Positions 63,559-64,000 of a stretch of DNA of 64,000 bases are shown piece after piece. Position 1 is the first letter of the stretch, and every line of letters begins with the position of its first letter. The stretch is from an uncultured Candidatus Rokubacteria bacterium (GTDB taxonomy: Bacteria > Methylomirabilota > Methylomirabilia > Rokubacteriales > CSP1-6). A model generated the notes under the pieces. The model was not told the DNA's origin. It ran no database searches and saw only the letters and a list, made by a program, of their open reading frames with translations. The translations under genes were made by a program, and so were the position numbers. The DNA is taken from NCBI GenBank assembly GCA_963758635.1, contig CAVWWD010000006.1, positions 224,001-288,000 of the forward strand, read 5' to 3'.

Positions 63559-64000
63559 TCACGCCCGCGGCGGCGAGGTGCGGCGGGACCGAGTCGTAGG
63601 AGAGCCGGACGCGGCGCACGGTGCCGCCTTCCGTGTCGTAGATGTCGCACTCGTCGTACGGGCCGGCAGTAGACGTGCACGCTCACCGCGTCCTCGCCGA
63701 GGCTCGCGGGATTTTCCACGGAGTGGATGTCGGCGGGGCCGTCCAGGTGTCCCGGCCCGCCGTGCACCACGCCGCCGAGCGCTTCCAGGCCGAGCGGGGT
63801 CCGCGAGGTCTCGCGGTAGTTCCTGAACGCGAGCCGCCCGCGCTCGACCCGCGCCCAGCAGTACTCGCCCTCGTGGCCGTGGATGGGCGCGACGGCGCCC
63901 CGCGCCCAGCACAGCACGAGGATCTCCACGTCCCGGTCCTTGTGGACCAGGTGGCGCGTGTAGCGGCCGGGGGCGAAGCGGACGAACGCATCGAGCGAGT
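63559..64000 (-). CDS. Cysteine dioxygenase family protein (5' partial, frameshifted)
   Basis: RYTRHLV, EILVLCW..APIHGH, IHSVEN, VSVHVY. Confidence 0.85.
   Translation of the reverse strand, partial: LARCVRPLRPRPLHAPPGPQGPGRGDPRAVLGAGRRRAHPRPRGRVLLGAGRARAARVQELPRDLADPARPGSARRRGARRAGTPGRPRRHPLRGKSREPRRGRGERARLLPARTTSATSTTRKAAPCAASGSPTTRSRRTSPPRA

Overview
High-GC bacterial chromosomal window. The gene-family mix (several LLM oxidoreductases, a zinc-ribbon/cyclase/AAA/TPR protein, an ABC_sub_bind fragment, N-terminal sigma54 AAA fusions) resembles Candidatus Rokubacteria/Methylomirabilota; this is inference only. The core landmarks are tRNA-Leu(TAG)-tig-clpP-clpX and glnS. The rest is mostly accessory catabolic, redox and signalling genes, with several intact and decayed toxin-antitoxin modules. 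Many genes in about 19-45 kb and 58-64 kb are broken by single-base indels, often in homopolymers, which look like uncorrected long-read errors, so frameshifted genes are reported as single CDS with approximate ends. Four things stand out. (1) A co-oriented four-gene locus at 33.3-40.4 kb encodes an atypical class III nucleotide cyclase, a sigma54-AAA/HTH/cyclase-like/TolB-like/TPR regulator, a PAP2 protein lacking its catalytic His, and a fusion of a (Thr-Ala)n N-terminal tract, a PAP2/haloperoxidase-type domain and a prolyl oligopeptidase. (2) An AhpD/CMD-like gene has an in-frame UGA in a CxxU motif followed by a SECIS-like hairpin, so it is a probable selenoprotein missed by the ORF track. 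(3) Two inverted ~140-150 nt structured repeats have compensatory stems and a duplication of a gene 3' end. (4) A TA/IS21 remnant cluster lies at 48.3-50.7 kb. All calls come from reading the sequence; no searches were run.
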